Shown: positions 26,057 through 36,458 of the stretch, piece after piece | Layout: each line of letters starts with the position of its first letter | Numbering within the stretch: the first letter of the stretch is position 1 | Origin: Candidatus Binatia bacterium | GTDB taxonomy: Bacteria > Desulfobacterota > Binatia > HRBIN30 | DNA length: 64,000 nt | Assembly: GCA_038245295.1 (NCBI GenBank) | Contig: JBBRSP010000008.1 | Span: 64,001-128,000, forward strand | Reading direction: 5' to 3' | Translations under genes and position numbers: made by a program | The notes under the pieces: model-generated | The model's input: only the letters and a program-made list of their open reading frames with translations | Told to the model about the DNA's origin: nothing | Database searches by the model: none

Positions 26057-28873
26057 ATGGATTACAAAAGCACACTGAATCTTCCGAAAACTGATTTCCC
26101 GATGCGCGGCAACCTGCCGCAACGCGAGCCCGTCTTCCTCGAGAAGTGGGAAGCGCTGCACCTCTATGAGGAGATGCTGCGAGTTCGCAAAGACAAGCCG
26201 CGCTACGTGCTCCATGACGGGCCGCCCTATGCCAACGGGCATGTCCATCTGGGCACGGCGCTCAACAAGATCATCAAGGACATCGTCGTCAAATCAAAGG
26301 CGATGGCCGGCCACTACGCACCCTATGTTCCCGGTTGGGATTGCCATGGCATGCCGATCGAACATCAGGTGACCAAGGACCTTGGTGCCAAGGTCCGCGA
26401 AATGTCGCAGCTCGATGTTCGCAAGCAGTGCCGCGACTACGCCGACAAGTTCTTCAATATCCAACGCGAGGAGTTCCGCCGCCTGGCTGTTTTCGGCGAC
26501 TGGGAGCACCCCTACCTCACCATGATGCCGGCCTTCGAGGCGGGCGTCGTGCGTGTCTTCCGCCAGTTGGTCGAGCGCGGGTACATCTATCGCGGTTTGC
26601 GTCCGGTGTTGTGGTGCGCGGTCTGCCGCACCGCCCTGGCCGAGGCCGAGGTCGAGTATCACGATCACAAATCGCCGTCGGTGTATGTGCGGTTCGCCTT
26701 CTCCGGAACGCTCGAGGAAGCCGCCGGCATGGCCAAGGATACGGCCGATGCGGCCGAGCTGCGGGCCAACGCGGCGAACCTCGCCGTCGTCATCTGGACC
26801 ACAACGCCGTGGACCTTGCCGGCCAACCTGGCGGTCTGCCTGAATCCGATCCTCGACTATGTAGCCGTGCACATCGACGGCAAATACTATGTCGTCGCCG
26901 AGCGCCTCGCCGATGCTTTCGCCGCGGCCATTGGTGCCACCGAGTCGGGCAAACGTATCCCCGTCGATCTTGCCAAGCTCGACGGCGCCGACGTCTTCCG
27001 CCACCCGTTCATCGATCGCGCCTCAAAGTTGATCTTTGAAACACACGTGACGGCGGATACCGGCACCGGCTGCGTGCACACGGCGCCGGGCCATGGTTAC
27101 GAGGACTTCTCGGTCGGTCAGAAGTACGGCTTGCCGGTGCTGACGCCGGTCGACGAGTCGGGACGTTTCACCGCCGAAGCCGGCGACTACGCCGGCGAGA
27201 AGGTATTCGAAGCGAACGACAAGATTGTCGAGCGTCTGCGCGAGACCGGGGCGTTGTTGAAGACGCAGAAGCTGCAGCACTCATATCCGCATTGCTGGCG
27301 CTGCAAGCAGCCGATCATCTATCGCGCCACCGAGCAGTGGTTCCTGCGCATCGATCATGCCGGCATGCGCGACAAGGCGCTCGCCGAAATTGATCGTGTG
27401 CAGTGGGTTCCGGCGTGGGGCCACGACCGCATCTACAACATGATGGAAGGGCGACCCGATTGGTGTTTGTCGCGCCAGCGCGCCTGGGGTGTTCCGGTGC
27501 CGGCCTTCCGTTGTGTCAAATGCAACACGTTCACCTTCGAGGCTTCGGTCATCGCCGAGGTGGAGAAGGTGTTCGCCGAGAAAGGCTCCGACGCGTGGTA
27601 TGAGCTGCCGGCGAAAGACCTGATGCCGGCGGGCTACACATGCGCCTGCGGTAGCAGCGAGTTCGAGCAGGATCGTAATATCCTCGACGTCTGGTTCGAC
27701 GCCGGCTCGTCCCATGAGGCGGTGCTGCGCACGCGGCCTGACCTCGGATTCCCCGCCGACCTGTACGTCGAGGCGGTGGATCAGCATCGCGGCTGGTTCC
27801 AGGTCTCGTTGATCACCGCCGTGGCGACGCGCGACACGGCCCCGTATCGCAGTGTTCTGACGCACGGGCTGATCCTCGACGAAGCGGCGAAGAAGATGTC
27901 TAAGTCGCTCGGCAACGTCGTTGCCCCCGAAGAGATCATCAAGACCAACGGCGCCGAGATCTTGCGGCTGCTGTTTGCTTCGGTCGACTACACGGCCGAC
28001 ATCAGTTTCTCCAAGGGCCTGATCACGCCGCTGCTGGAGTCGTACCGCAAGATCCGCAACACCTGTCGCTTCCTGCTTGGCAACCTCTACGACTTCGATC
28101 CGACAACGAATCGTATCGCGACCGCGGACCTACCTGAGCTCGATCGGTGGATCGGACATCGCACGGCGGATCTGGTGACGCGGGTGCGGCGCGCCTACGA
28201 AGCCTTCAGCTTTCATCAGGTGGTGCAGCATCTGGTCAACTTCTGCGCCGTCGACCTGAGCTCGCTCTACCTCGATATCGTCAAGGATCGTTTGTACACG
28301 GCCGGTCCGACGTCGCATGCGCGGCGCTCGGCGCAAACCGCCCTCTACGATGTGGTTGATACGCTGGTGCGGCTGATGGCCCCGATCCTCTCGTTCACGG
28401 CGGAAGAGGTGTGGACGTCTCTGCCGGGCGGTGCGCCTTCGCCGAGTGTGTTCCTGGTTGATTTCCCCGAGGCGAAGCCGGCGGACGCGGAATTTGCCGC
28501 GCGTTGGGAGACGCTACTCGATGTGCGCGGCGCCGTAACCAAGGCGTTGGAAGAAGCACGGCAAAGCGGCGCCATCGGTCACTCACTGGATGCGCGGGTG
28601 GAATTGGCGGGCACGGCGCAACTGCAGCCGGTTCTCAAGAGTATCGCCGCCGACTGGCCGGCGCTGTTGATTGTCTCGCAGGTGGATCTGGACACTGATC
28701 TGCCGGCGTCGGCGGCGAGCCCGCTGATGCCGGAGTTGCGGGTTCGCATCGACAAGGCGCGTGGTGGTAAGTGTGAGCGCTGTTGGAACTACAGTGAGGC
28801 GGTTGGCGGCGATGCGGCGCATCCAGGATTGTGCGAGCGTTGTCAGCCGGTCGTGAAAGAGTTGGCTGTATGA
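26057..28873 (+). CDS. ileS: isoleucine--tRNA ligase
   Basis: MDYKSTLNLPKTDFPMR, HDGPPYANG.HLG, GWDCHG, WTTTPWTLP, KMSKS, C-terminal CERCW...CERC. Confidence 0.98.
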   Translation: MDYKSTLNLPKTDFPMRGNLPQREPVFLEKWEALHLYEEMLRVRKDKPRYVLHDGPPYANGHVHLGTALNKIIKDIVVKSKAMAGHYAPYVPGWDCHGMPIEHQVTKDLGAKVREMSQLDVRKQCRDYADKFFNIQREEFRRLAVFGDWEHPYLTMMPAFEAGVVRVFRQLVERGYIYRGLRPVLWCAVCRTALAEAEVEYHDHKSPSVYVRFAFSGTLEEAAGMAKDTADAAELRANAANLAVVIWTTTPWTLPANLAVCLNPILDYVAVHIDGKYYVVAERLADAFAAAIGATESGKRIPVDLAKLDGADVFRHPFIDRASKLIFETHVTADTGTGCVHTAPGHGYEDFSVGQKYGLPVLTPVDESGRFTAEAGDYAGEKVFEANDKIVERLRETGALLKTQKLQHSYPHCWRCKQPIIYRATEQWFLRIDHAGMRDKALAEIDRVQWVPAWGHDRIYNMMEGRPDWCLSRQRAWGVPVPAFRCVKCNTFTFEASVIAEVEKVFAEKGSDAWYELPAKDLMPAGYTCACGSSEFEQDRNILDVWFDAGSSHEAVLRTRPDLGFPADLYVEAVDQHRGWFQVSLITAVATRDTAPYRSVLTHGLILDEAAKKMSKSLGNVVAPEEIIKTNGAEILRLLFASVDYTADISFSKGLITPLLESYRKIRNTCRFLLGNLYDFDPTTNRIATADLPELDRWIGHRTADLVTRVRRAYEAFSFHQVVQHLVNFCAVDLSSLYLDIVKDRLYTAGPTSHARRSAQTALYDVVDTLVRLMAPILSFTAEEVWTSLPGGAPSPSVFLVDFPEAKPADAEFAARWETLLDVRGAVTKALEEARQSGAIGHSLDARVELAGTAQLQPVLKSIAADWPALLIVSQVDLDTDLPASAASPLMPELRVRIDKARGGKCERCWNYSEAVGGDAAHPGLCERCQPVVKELAV

Positions 28874-29367
28874 GCAAATACCTGCACGTCGTCGGAATGG
28901 CCGCGCTGGTGGTTCTCGGCGACCAGCTGAGCAAGGCGTACATTCGCAACCACATCCCGGTATCGGGTGAGATTCCGGTGATCGACGGGCTGTTCAGCAT
29001 CGTGCATTTCACCAACACGGGCGGGGCGTTCGGCCTGTTGTCCGGAGCCAGTGCGACGTGGCGGATTCCGTTCTTTGTCGGAGTGGCGGCGATCGCCCTC
29101 GGGGTTCTGTTCTACTTCCTGCGTGAGATCCCGGCGCGCCAGTATCTCTTGCTGACGGCGCTCGGTGGTGTCCTCGGCGGCGCCCTCGGCAACCTGATCG
29201 ACCGGGTGATTGCCGGTGAAGTGACCGACTTCCTCTACTTCTCCTGGCGTGGCTGGTCGTGGCCGGCGTTCAACGTCGCCGACTCGTTCATCTCCGTCGG
29301 CATCGTCTTGCTGCTCATCCAGTCCTTCTTTGGTCCCGACGAGACCGCGACTCGCCATTCTGGCTGA
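28870..29367 (+). CDS. lspA: lipoprotein signal peptidase
   Basis: DQLSK, NTGGAFG, GALGNLIDR, VTDF, FNVAD. ATGA overlap with ileS. Confidence 0.96.
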   Translation: MSKYLHVVGMAALVVLGDQLSKAYIRNHIPVSGEIPVIDGLFSIVHFTNTGGAFGLLSGASATWRIPFFVGVAAIALGVLFYFLREIPARQYLLLTALGGVLGGALGNLIDRVIAGEVTDFLYFSWRGWSWPAFNVADSFISVGIVLLLIQSFFGPDETATRHSG

Positions 29368-29413
29368 GCTGGTCGAGCGCGTAAATTCGACGATCAACCG
29401 GTGCTCAGCTCAC

Positions 29414-29545
29414 CGCAGGCTGAAGCCTGCGCCTACCTGTTTCCAATTCGCCCGTGGATTCAGCTCACCGCAGGCTGAAGCCTGCGCCTACCTGTTTCCA
29501 ATTCGCCCGTGGGTTCAGCGTGGTAGGCGCAGGCTTTAGCCTGCG
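29414..29545. repeat. GTAG-type REP cluster (3 copies, within a 55-bp tandem duplication)
   Basis: Copies at 29414-29436, 29469-29491 (minus) and 29523-29545 (plus). Confidence 0.85.
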
Positions 29546-29653
29546 GAGTCCTCCACTGCGAATTGCCGTGCAAAGCCGGCTGGGCTGGTGGAGGGCGTGC
29601 CCTGACTGGGGCCGTGCTCCATAGTGGCGGCGCAGGACGTGTACGAGGCGGGG

Positions 29654-30430
29654 TTATGAACTGGGATCCTGGCGCAACTGGCGTTGCACTTCGGCATAGA
29701 CGGCTTCGGCAACGGCCGGATTGCCGCCGGACATTTTGACCAGCTCCGATTCCGTCACCCAACTGACCGCCACGCGGTGGGCATTCTTCTGCTCCCTCAG
29801 GCGCGTCTGCATGGCCTGCAAATCGCTGAGGGAGCTCACCACACGGATACTGTCGCCTGGGTGTGCGGCCACCCAGGCTGCTAGGCGCTCTTTGTGGCCG
29901 GCCAGCAACAGTGCGGGTGGCGTTCCATACGGATGGAATACACTATCGACGGTAGGTGGCGATGAAATTGAGCCGGCCGACTGGGCGTTGCTGGTCGTGT
30001 TGAAACGACCGTCGCTGCACTCGCTTTCATAGTCGTTGCAATGCCTGGTTCTCAGCGTCTTGAGAAAGAAACGTGGCGTGGCGATCCAGCGTCCGTTCAG
30101 CAGGCCGCGCCCCAGTTGGCGCAAGAGCCGGTCCAGGCGCGGGCGAACCTGGTAATAGTAGGCCACGATGGTCCCATCCGCCGACACCATGGCGCGGATG
30201 AAGGTGCGGGCGATGAGCGTCGTGGGCGAGTCCGACACCTCCATAAGCTCGAAGTCCCACAGCACGCGGAAGCCCTGCGTCTCATGATAGGTCTGGAAAT
30301 CGCGGTAGGCGCGCAAGTCCAAATGCCCGAAGTCGCTTTCGCGCGCCGGGCGTCGGGTAGATGGGGCGCCGTAGGTGCGCTTCAGGGAGGTGATGATCTG
30401 TTGCGCCGACTGTTGGATCGAGTCTGTCAC
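29654..30430 (-). CDS. hypothetical protein
   Basis: 258-aa ORF with GTG start and protein-like composition; no motif recognised. Confidence 0.65.
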   Translation of the reverse strand: MTDSIQQSAQQIITSLKRTYGAPSTRRPARESDFGHLDLRAYRDFQTYHETQGFRVLWDFELMEVSDSPTTLIARTFIRAMVSADGTIVAYYYQVRPRLDRLLRQLGRGLLNGRWIATPRFFLKTLRTRHCNDYESECSDGRFNTTSNAQSAGSISSPPTVDSVFHPYGTPPALLLAGHKERLAAWVAAHPGDSIRVVSSLSDLQAMQTRLREQKNAHRVAVSWVTESELVKMSGGNPAVAEAVYAEVQRQLRQDPSS

Positions 30431-30511
30431 GGAAACTCCTTAACCAACGCTCCTACCTGAATCGCGTCGACCAGGCGCCACGGGTCGATCGCCACTGCGT
30501 CGACGATGAGA

Positions 30512-31082
30512 TCAGCTCGGCGGTTGAGCAAACAACATTGCGACTTCGTCCGCGCTCAGGGGATGCAGATAGTGTCTGAAATCTGAAATGTCGGCGATGT
30601 TAAGCGGTTGCGGCCCGACGAAAACAGCAGCCTCTGGTCCCAGCATGATTTGATCAGAATACCGCCCGTCCGCGGCCAAGGCGCCATCGAGGTAGAGGGC
30701 GCATACCCCTTCACCCCAGGTTACTGTCAGCATACGACGATCGCCGTCATGCCAATCCGATACATCAATGCCCAGACCTCCCTCCAGGCCTGAATTGTCG
30801 ACGAGGAGGAACCGCAGGTAGGGTCCATTCTTGAAGAGGTCAATTCGATTTTCGAATGTGCCGCTTCCGAACCGCGCCAACCCCGCATTGTTCCCGCCCT
30901 CCCAGTGCGAACGTACCCACATGGTGAACGTGCCCATCGAGGCCGCCGCATTGTTGTTGCTGACGCCCTCATCGTGACCTCCGCAAGCAGACAGTACGAA
31001 GAAGAGTGTCGCCACGAGCGTAAGTAAACACGCGCGTCGGCCCTTCCTTGTTGGCAAGCCTACTGTGTTCATCCCATTCATC
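30512..31082 (-). CDS. putative lipoprotein with LamG/concanavalin-like domain
   Basis: Lipobox LSAC, GTFTMWV, W...LTVTW...LYLDG, ISDFRHY..PLSADEV. Start uncertain. Confidence 0.65.
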
Positions 31083-31157
31083 TGTGGTCCCACCCGTCCT
31101 GCTCCGTCCGAGAATTGCTTGCGCTGGGGCAACGCCCGCGTCGTGACCTTCGCACTA

Positions 31158-31260
31158 TTTACGTTCAAATTCGTCGCCGGACGCGCAATTTAACAGGATG
31201 GGCAGGATATGCGGGAAGAACACGTTCCCTGTTCTATTATGTCCATCCTTGTTGAACTAA
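31158..31260 (-). repeat. ACAGGAT palindromic repeat, copy 3
   Basis: Reverse complement matches 5179-5274 and 8250-8335. Confidence 0.7.
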
Positions 31261-31299
31261 TTCCTTTCGGTGACGAGGAGATCTTCAATTTTACTCCGG

Positions 31300-31962
31300 T
31301 TACGGCTTCTGTGGTTTGTCAGGTCGCACCCGCTTGCGAGATTTTCGCTGGACGCTGTGGAAGAGCATGGCGAACAGATGCGGAGCGCCTTCGACGGCGG
31401 CGATTCTGGCGTCGAGGCGCAGGCGCGCCAGGTCGGCGTCCCATTGTCGGCCGATGACATCGCGGACGACGCGGGCGGTTGCGAGTGTGATTTGGATAGG
31501 CGCCTTCGCCGCCACGAGTTGCTCGATGGCGCTGGCGGCGGTGTCGGCGGCAAGCGCCGCGCGGCGGCTGTTATCGGTGCTTCGTTTTGAATCTTGCACG
31601 GCTTCCGCCACTCGACGGATCATCTTGGCTTTGTTCGTAACGGCGGCGCGCTGGAGGACGGCTGGTGACGGAACTTTGAAGCGGCGCAACGGATTCTTCC
31701 GCGGTTCACCATCCATGGTGAGCGCCAGGACGAGGGTGTCGAGGGCGGAATCCATGGCGCGCTCCGCCTCGCGCAGGGCTTTCTCCGCCGCGGCCAACTC
31801 GCGCTCGTGCGTCTCGACCGTCGCCTGCGCCGCCAGGTAACGAGTGTGTGTTGCCTCGAAAACGCCGAGCGCGTCGCGCACCAGGTGTGTATCGATCACT
31901 GTCGCGGCTGCAAAAGCCGCGTTGCCAATCTTCTTGCGTGTGCCCGGACCCAATTTCGGCAT
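31300..31962 (-). CDS. hypothetical Ala/Arg-rich helical protein
   Basis: 220-aa ORF starting MPKLGPG with coiled-coil-like composition. Confidence 0.6.
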   Translation of the reverse strand: MPKLGPGTRKKIGNAAFAAATVIDTHLVRDALGVFEATHTRYLAAQATVETHERELAAAEKALREAERAMDSALDTLVLALTMDGEPRKNPLRRFKVPSPAVLQRAAVTNKAKMIRRVAEAVQDSKRSTDNSRRAALAADTAASAIEQLVAAKAPIQITLATARVVRDVIGRQWDADLARLRLDARIAAVEGAPHLFAMLFHSVQRKSRKRVRPDKPQKP

Positions 31963-32360
31963 GGTTCGTTCTCGCGACGCCGGAATCCCGTTACGCGAAT
32001 CGCTTGTGCCCTGCAAACGCTCGATGGGCTTGGTCGACTTGTGGGCGTCCACCTCTCGCACCCACCCGCTAGTGCAGGTACCCGCACTTCAAGTATCAGA
32101 GCGGCGATTCGGCGTGTGGGTATTGGCAACACAAGGGCGCCGAAGTCGAGCTGCGATTTTCACCGCTGGCTCCCGGGTAGAAAAACGGCTCGAACCGCCG
32201 ACGCGGAGGTCGCCCGACGTCGGCGCGGCCGCCTGCATCGACCATTTCTCTGTAGTTTGGCTCACCGCCGACGTTTGGTGGAGCCGGTACGCCGATTACA
32301 AGGAGACGACAGAAGGGAACGGTCAGCACCGCAAGCTGAAGCTTGCGCCTACCGATCGGG

Positions 32361-32404
32361 AAAAGAGAACGGGCCGGCAACCTTGCGGTTGCCGGCCCGT
32401 TCTC
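32361..32404 (-). terminator. intrinsic terminator downstream of glnA
   Basis: Perfect 18-bp stem GAGAACGGGCCGGCAACC / GGTTGCCGGCCCGTTCTC followed by TTTT on the minus strand. Confidence 0.75.
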
Positions 32405-32425
32405 GCGCGCGGTTGAACGGGTCGA

Positions 32426-33838
32426 TTACCCGTCGTGGTACATGGCGAATTCGTGTGGATGCGGGCGCAAGCGCACGGCCGAGACTTCGTTCGACATCTT
32501 CCAGTCGATCCAGCTCTCGATGACATCCTCGGTGAACACATCGCCCTTGAGGAGGAACTCGTAGTCCTTCTTCAAGTTACCGATGGATTCTTCGAGGCTC
32601 GCCGGCATGCCGGGGACGTTCTTCAACTCTTCCGGCGTCAAGGAGTAGATGTCCTTGTCGAGGGGTTCGCCGGGGTTGATGCGCTTCTGGATGCCGTCGA
32701 GGCCGGCCAGCATCATCGCCGGGAAGGCGAGGTAGCCATTGGCCATCGGGTCGGGGAAACGGACCTCGATACGCTTGGCCTTCGGGCTCGGGCTGTACAT
32801 CGGGATACGCACAGCGGCCGAACGGTTGCGGCTCGAGTACGCCAAGTTGGCGGGGGCTTCGAAGCCTGGGACCAGACGGCGGTAACTGTTGGTGGTCGGG
32901 TTGGTGAACGCGGCGAGGGCCGGGGCGTGCTTCAGGATGCCGCCGATGTAGTGCATGGCCATTTCGCTCATGCCGCCGTAGCCGTTGCCGGCGAAGAGCG
33001 GCTTGTCGCCCTTCCAGATGCTCTGGTGGCAGTGCATGCCGCTGCCGTTGTCGCCGAAGATCGGCTTCGGCATGAACGTCGCAACCTTGCCGTGCTTACG
33101 GGCAACGTTCTTGACGATGTACTTGTACCACATGAGGGCGTCGGCCATTTGCACCAGCGGCAGGAAGCGCAGGTCGATTTCGGCCTGGCCGGCGGTGGCG
33201 ACTTCGTGGTGATGCTTCTCGACGCGCAGGCCGACCTGCTCCATGACACGACACATCTCGGAGCGGATGTCCTGCTGGCTGTCGGTCGGCGGAACCGGGA
33301 AGTAGCCTTCCTTGTTGCGCGGCTTGAAGGCCAGGTTCGGACCTTCGTCGCGGCCGCTGTTCCAGATGCCTTCGACGGAATCCATGAAGTAGTAGCCGGA
33401 GTGTTGGTTCTGACCGAAGCGCAGGTCGTCGAAGATGAAGAACTCGGGCTCCGGACCGAAGTAGACCGTCTCACCAACGCCGCTGGCCTTCAGGTAAGCC
33501 TCGGCCTTGCGGGCGATGTAGCGCGGGTCGCGCGAGTACTCTTCCTTGGTGATCGGGTCGACGATGTTGCAGACCACCGACAAGGTGGGCTCTTCGAAGA
33601 ACGGGTCGATGCGGGTGGTCGTCGCGTCCGGAACCGCCAACATGTCGCTGGCGTTGATCGGCTGCCAACCGCGGATCGACGAACCGTCGAAGCCCGAGCC
33701 ATCCTGGAATGTGCTCTCATCAAACTCGCTGACCGGTGTCGTGAAGTGCTGCCAGGTGCCGAGGAAGTCGACGAACTTGAAGTCGACCATCGTGCACTTG
33801 TTGTCCTTCATGAACTTGATCGCTTCTTTAGGCGACAT
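32426..33838 (-). CDS. glnA: glutamine synthetase type I
   Basis: [50 protein letters not shown] adenylylation loop. Start chosen at MSPKEA (GGAGGAG RBS); an in-frame ATG at 33910 is an alternative. Confidence 0.97.
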   Translation of the reverse strand: MSPKEAIKFMKDNKCTMVDFKFVDFLGTWQHFTTPVSEFDESTFQDGSGFDGSSIRGWQPINASDMLAVPDATTTRIDPFFEEPTLSVVCNIVDPITKEEYSRDPRYIARKAEAYLKASGVGETVYFGPEPEFFIFDDLRFGQNQHSGYYFMDSVEGIWNSGRDEGPNLAFKPRNKEGYFPVPPTDSQQDIRSEMCRVMEQVGLRVEKHHHEVATAGQAEIDLRFLPLVQMADALMWYKYIVKNVARKHGKVATFMPKPIFGDNGSGMHCHQSIWKGDKPLFAGNGYGGMSEMAMHYIGGILKHAPALAAFTNPTTNSYRRLVPGFEAPANLAYSSRNRSAAVRIPMYSPSPKAKRIEVRFPDPMANGYLAFPAMMLAGLDGIQKRINPGEPLDKDIYSLTPEELKNVPGMPASLEESIGNLKKDYEFLLKGDVFTEDVIESWIDWKMSNEVSAVRLRPHPHEFAMYHDG

Positions 33839-33899
33839 CCCCTGGCTCCTCCCTGCAGTTGCGGGTTTGGGGGCCGCAGCTTTGGCGGCCGGTTTCTTG

Positions 33900-34247
<348 letters not shown>

Positions 34248-34324
34248 CTACTTTCTATTCTCGGCGCTTTGAACCGCGTGTTTCTATTTCACCCATCCGG
34301 GGCTGTAAAGGCATCGTACCTGCC

Positions 34325-35656
34325 TCACAGCGTGTAGGCGTTTTCCCCGTGCTGTGACAGGTCCAGGCCAACAGCCTCGTCGTCCTCGTTGACGCGCAGG
34401 CCGACTACCGCATCCACGAACTTGAAGAGGATCGCTGCGCCGATTCCTCCGAAGGTGATGGTGACAACCACCCCGATGATCTGCACGAGCAATTGATGTG
34501 GGTTGCCGTACAACAACCCGTCTGCACCTCCCGCGTTGACTGACGTGGTGGCGAAAATCCCCGTCAGAATAGCTCCCGTCGTTCCCCCAACAAAGTGCAC
34601 GCCCACGACGTCGAGCGAGTCGTCGTAGCCTAAGTGACGCTTGAGGTTGCAGGCGTTGAAGCAAATGACTCCGCCAATCGCTCCCATCACGAGCGCTGCC
34701 AACGGCGTCACGAAACCTGCTGCCGGCGTGATGACCACCAGACCAGCCACCGCACCGCTGGCCGCTCCCAGCACCGTCGGTTTGCCGTGTTTCATCCACT
34801 CGGCGAAAGTCCATCCGAGAGTCGCTGCCGCGGCTGCCGTGTTGGTCGCCACAAAGGCGCTGGTGGCCAATCCATTCGCTGCCAAGGCGCTGCCGGCGTT
34901 GAAGCCGAACCAACCGACCCAAAGAAGCCCGGCGCCGGTCACCGCGAACGGCAAATTGTGCGGCATCATCTGGTCGTGCGGATAACCCCGACGCTTGCCC
35001 ATCATGATGCAACCCACCAGGGCTGCAACGCCGGAACTGATATGGACGACCGTGCCGCCGGCGAAGTCCAGAGCTTTCAGGCTGCCGGTCAGACCCATCC
35101 AACCGTGGAAGCCCCAGACCCAGTGTGCAAGCGGATCGTAGATGAGTGTCGCCCAGAGAACGCTGAAGAGGAGAAAGGCGCTGAACTTCATGCGCTCGGC
35201 CACCGCGCCGGTAATCAGTGCCGGAGTGATGACGGCGAACATGCACTGGTAGATCATGAACGCTTGATGCGGGATGGTCGCCGCATAATCCGGATTCGGA
35301 TCCGCACCCACACCGATGAGACCCAGCCAGTCGAGTCCGCCGATCAACCCGCCATGGTCCGGCCCGAAGGCCAGTGTGTAGCCAAACAAAACCCATTGAA
35401 CGCTGATCACCGCCATCATGATGAAGCTCTGCATGATGGTCGCCAGGGCATTCGTCCGACGCACTAATCCGCCGTAAAAGAGCGCCAGGCCCGGTGCCGT
35501 CATCATCAGAACCAATGCTGCCGAGGTCAGAATCCATGCCGTGTCGCCGGAGTCGATCTTCGCCGGCTCGCCGGCAAACGCCGCCGAAGCCGACATCAGA
35601 ATCGCTGCTGCACAAGGCAAACCTATACCCGAGCACTTCCGTAGACGCTCCTTCAT
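34325..35656 (-). CDS. amtB: ammonium transporter
   Basis: GLALFYGG, DFAGGTVVH, WVGWFGFNAGS, DDSLDVVGVH. Confidence 0.96.
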   Translation of the reverse strand: MKERLRKCSGIGLPCAAAILMSASAAFAGEPAKIDSGDTAWILTSAALVLMMTAPGLALFYGGLVRRTNALATIMQSFIMMAVISVQWVLFGYTLAFGPDHGGLIGGLDWLGLIGVGADPNPDYAATIPHQAFMIYQCMFAVITPALITGAVAERMKFSAFLLFSVLWATLIYDPLAHWVWGFHGWMGLTGSLKALDFAGGTVVHISSGVAALVGCIMMGKRRGYPHDQMMPHNLPFAVTGAGLLWVGWFGFNAGSALAANGLATSAFVATNTAAAAATLGWTFAEWMKHGKPTVLGAASGAVAGLVVITPAAGFVTPLAALVMGAIGGVICFNACNLKRHLGYDDSLDVVGVHFVGGTTGAILTGIFATTSVNAGGADGLLYGNPHQLLVQIIGVVVTITFGGIGAAILFKFVDAVVGLRVNEDDEAVGLDLSQHGENAYTL

Positions 35657-35724
35657 TACACCCCTCCTTGGTTGTCAAAGGTGATGGCCTCCCAAGCCAT
35701 CACCGCTGCTCAACGCGTAGGCAG

Positions 35725-35741
35725 AGCAACGGTGGTGCCAG
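35725..35741 (-). promoter_or_regulatory. sigma54 (-24/-12) promoter of amtB-glnB-glnA
   Basis: Minus strand CTGGCAC-CACCG-TTGCT matches the consensus. Weak NtrC-like 17-mers lie upstream at 35795-35811 and 35813-35829. Confidence 0.8.
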
Positions 35742-35868
35742 GGTTCACGATCACCAAAGAAAACATCTTGGGTGCCGAATGTGGTGGTAATCTGTGCAAC
35801 TCAAGTAGGCAGTGCCTATTCGTGAGGCGGCATACAGGGAAGGAACGCCCGTGTTCCGGGCGCGCCAA

Positions 35869-36456
35869 TCACCGTCCTTTAGGCTCGAATCGCCCTTCCT
35901 GGCCGCGTAGGAGACGGTCGAGATTTTCCCGATGTCGCCACACGATTAGCAGGGCGATGGCGACGGCGGCGCCGCGGACGCTCGGCGGATAGTCGAGCGC
36001 GGCACATGTCAGCGGCAATGATGTGCTACCGAGAATGGAGCCGAGCGAGACGGTGCGGGTAACCGCAAAGGTTGCCGCAAACACCACAACGGCGGCCGCG
36101 GCGCTCCACGGCGCCAGGATCAGGAATACGCCGAGGGCCGTGGCGACACCTTTGCCGCCACGCAGTCCGAGGAAGATCGAGAATGTGTGTCCCACCACGG
36201 CGGCGGTCCCTGCCATTGCCGCAAGGTCGACGTTGCCGATCAGCAAAGCGATGGTGGCGGGGACCAATCCCTTCAAAATGTCGCTGATCAGAGTGATGAT
36301 ACCGAGGCGCATGCCCAGGGTCCGCGCGACATTGGTGGCGCCGGTGTTTCCACTGCCGTGGCTTCGAATGTCGGTGCCGCTCAGGCGAGCCAGCCAGGCG
36401 CCGGTTGGGATCGAGCCGACAAGATAGGCGACAACAACAACGGCGGCAGTCGGCAC
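35869..36456 (-). CDS. plsY: glycerol-3-phosphate acyltransferase PlsY
   Basis: YLVGSIP, GSGNTGATN..R, GH, GGKGVAT, RHRENL.RL. Confidence 0.95.
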   Translation of the reverse strand: MPTAAVVVVAYLVGSIPTGAWLARLSGTDIRSHGSGNTGATNVARTLGMRLGIITLISDILKGLVPATIALLIGNVDLAAMAGTAAVVGHTFSIFLGLRGGKGVATALGVFLILAPWSAAAAVVVFAATFAVTRTVSLGSILGSTSLPLTCAALDYPPSVRGAAVAIALLIVWRHRENLDRLLRGQEGRFEPKGR

Positions 36457-36458
36457 GT

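Noticed and set aside
29600..30511. Integron gene cassette around the 258-aa hypothetical gene (stop within CATAAC)
   Set aside because: No convincing paired attC boxes and no integron integrase in the window.
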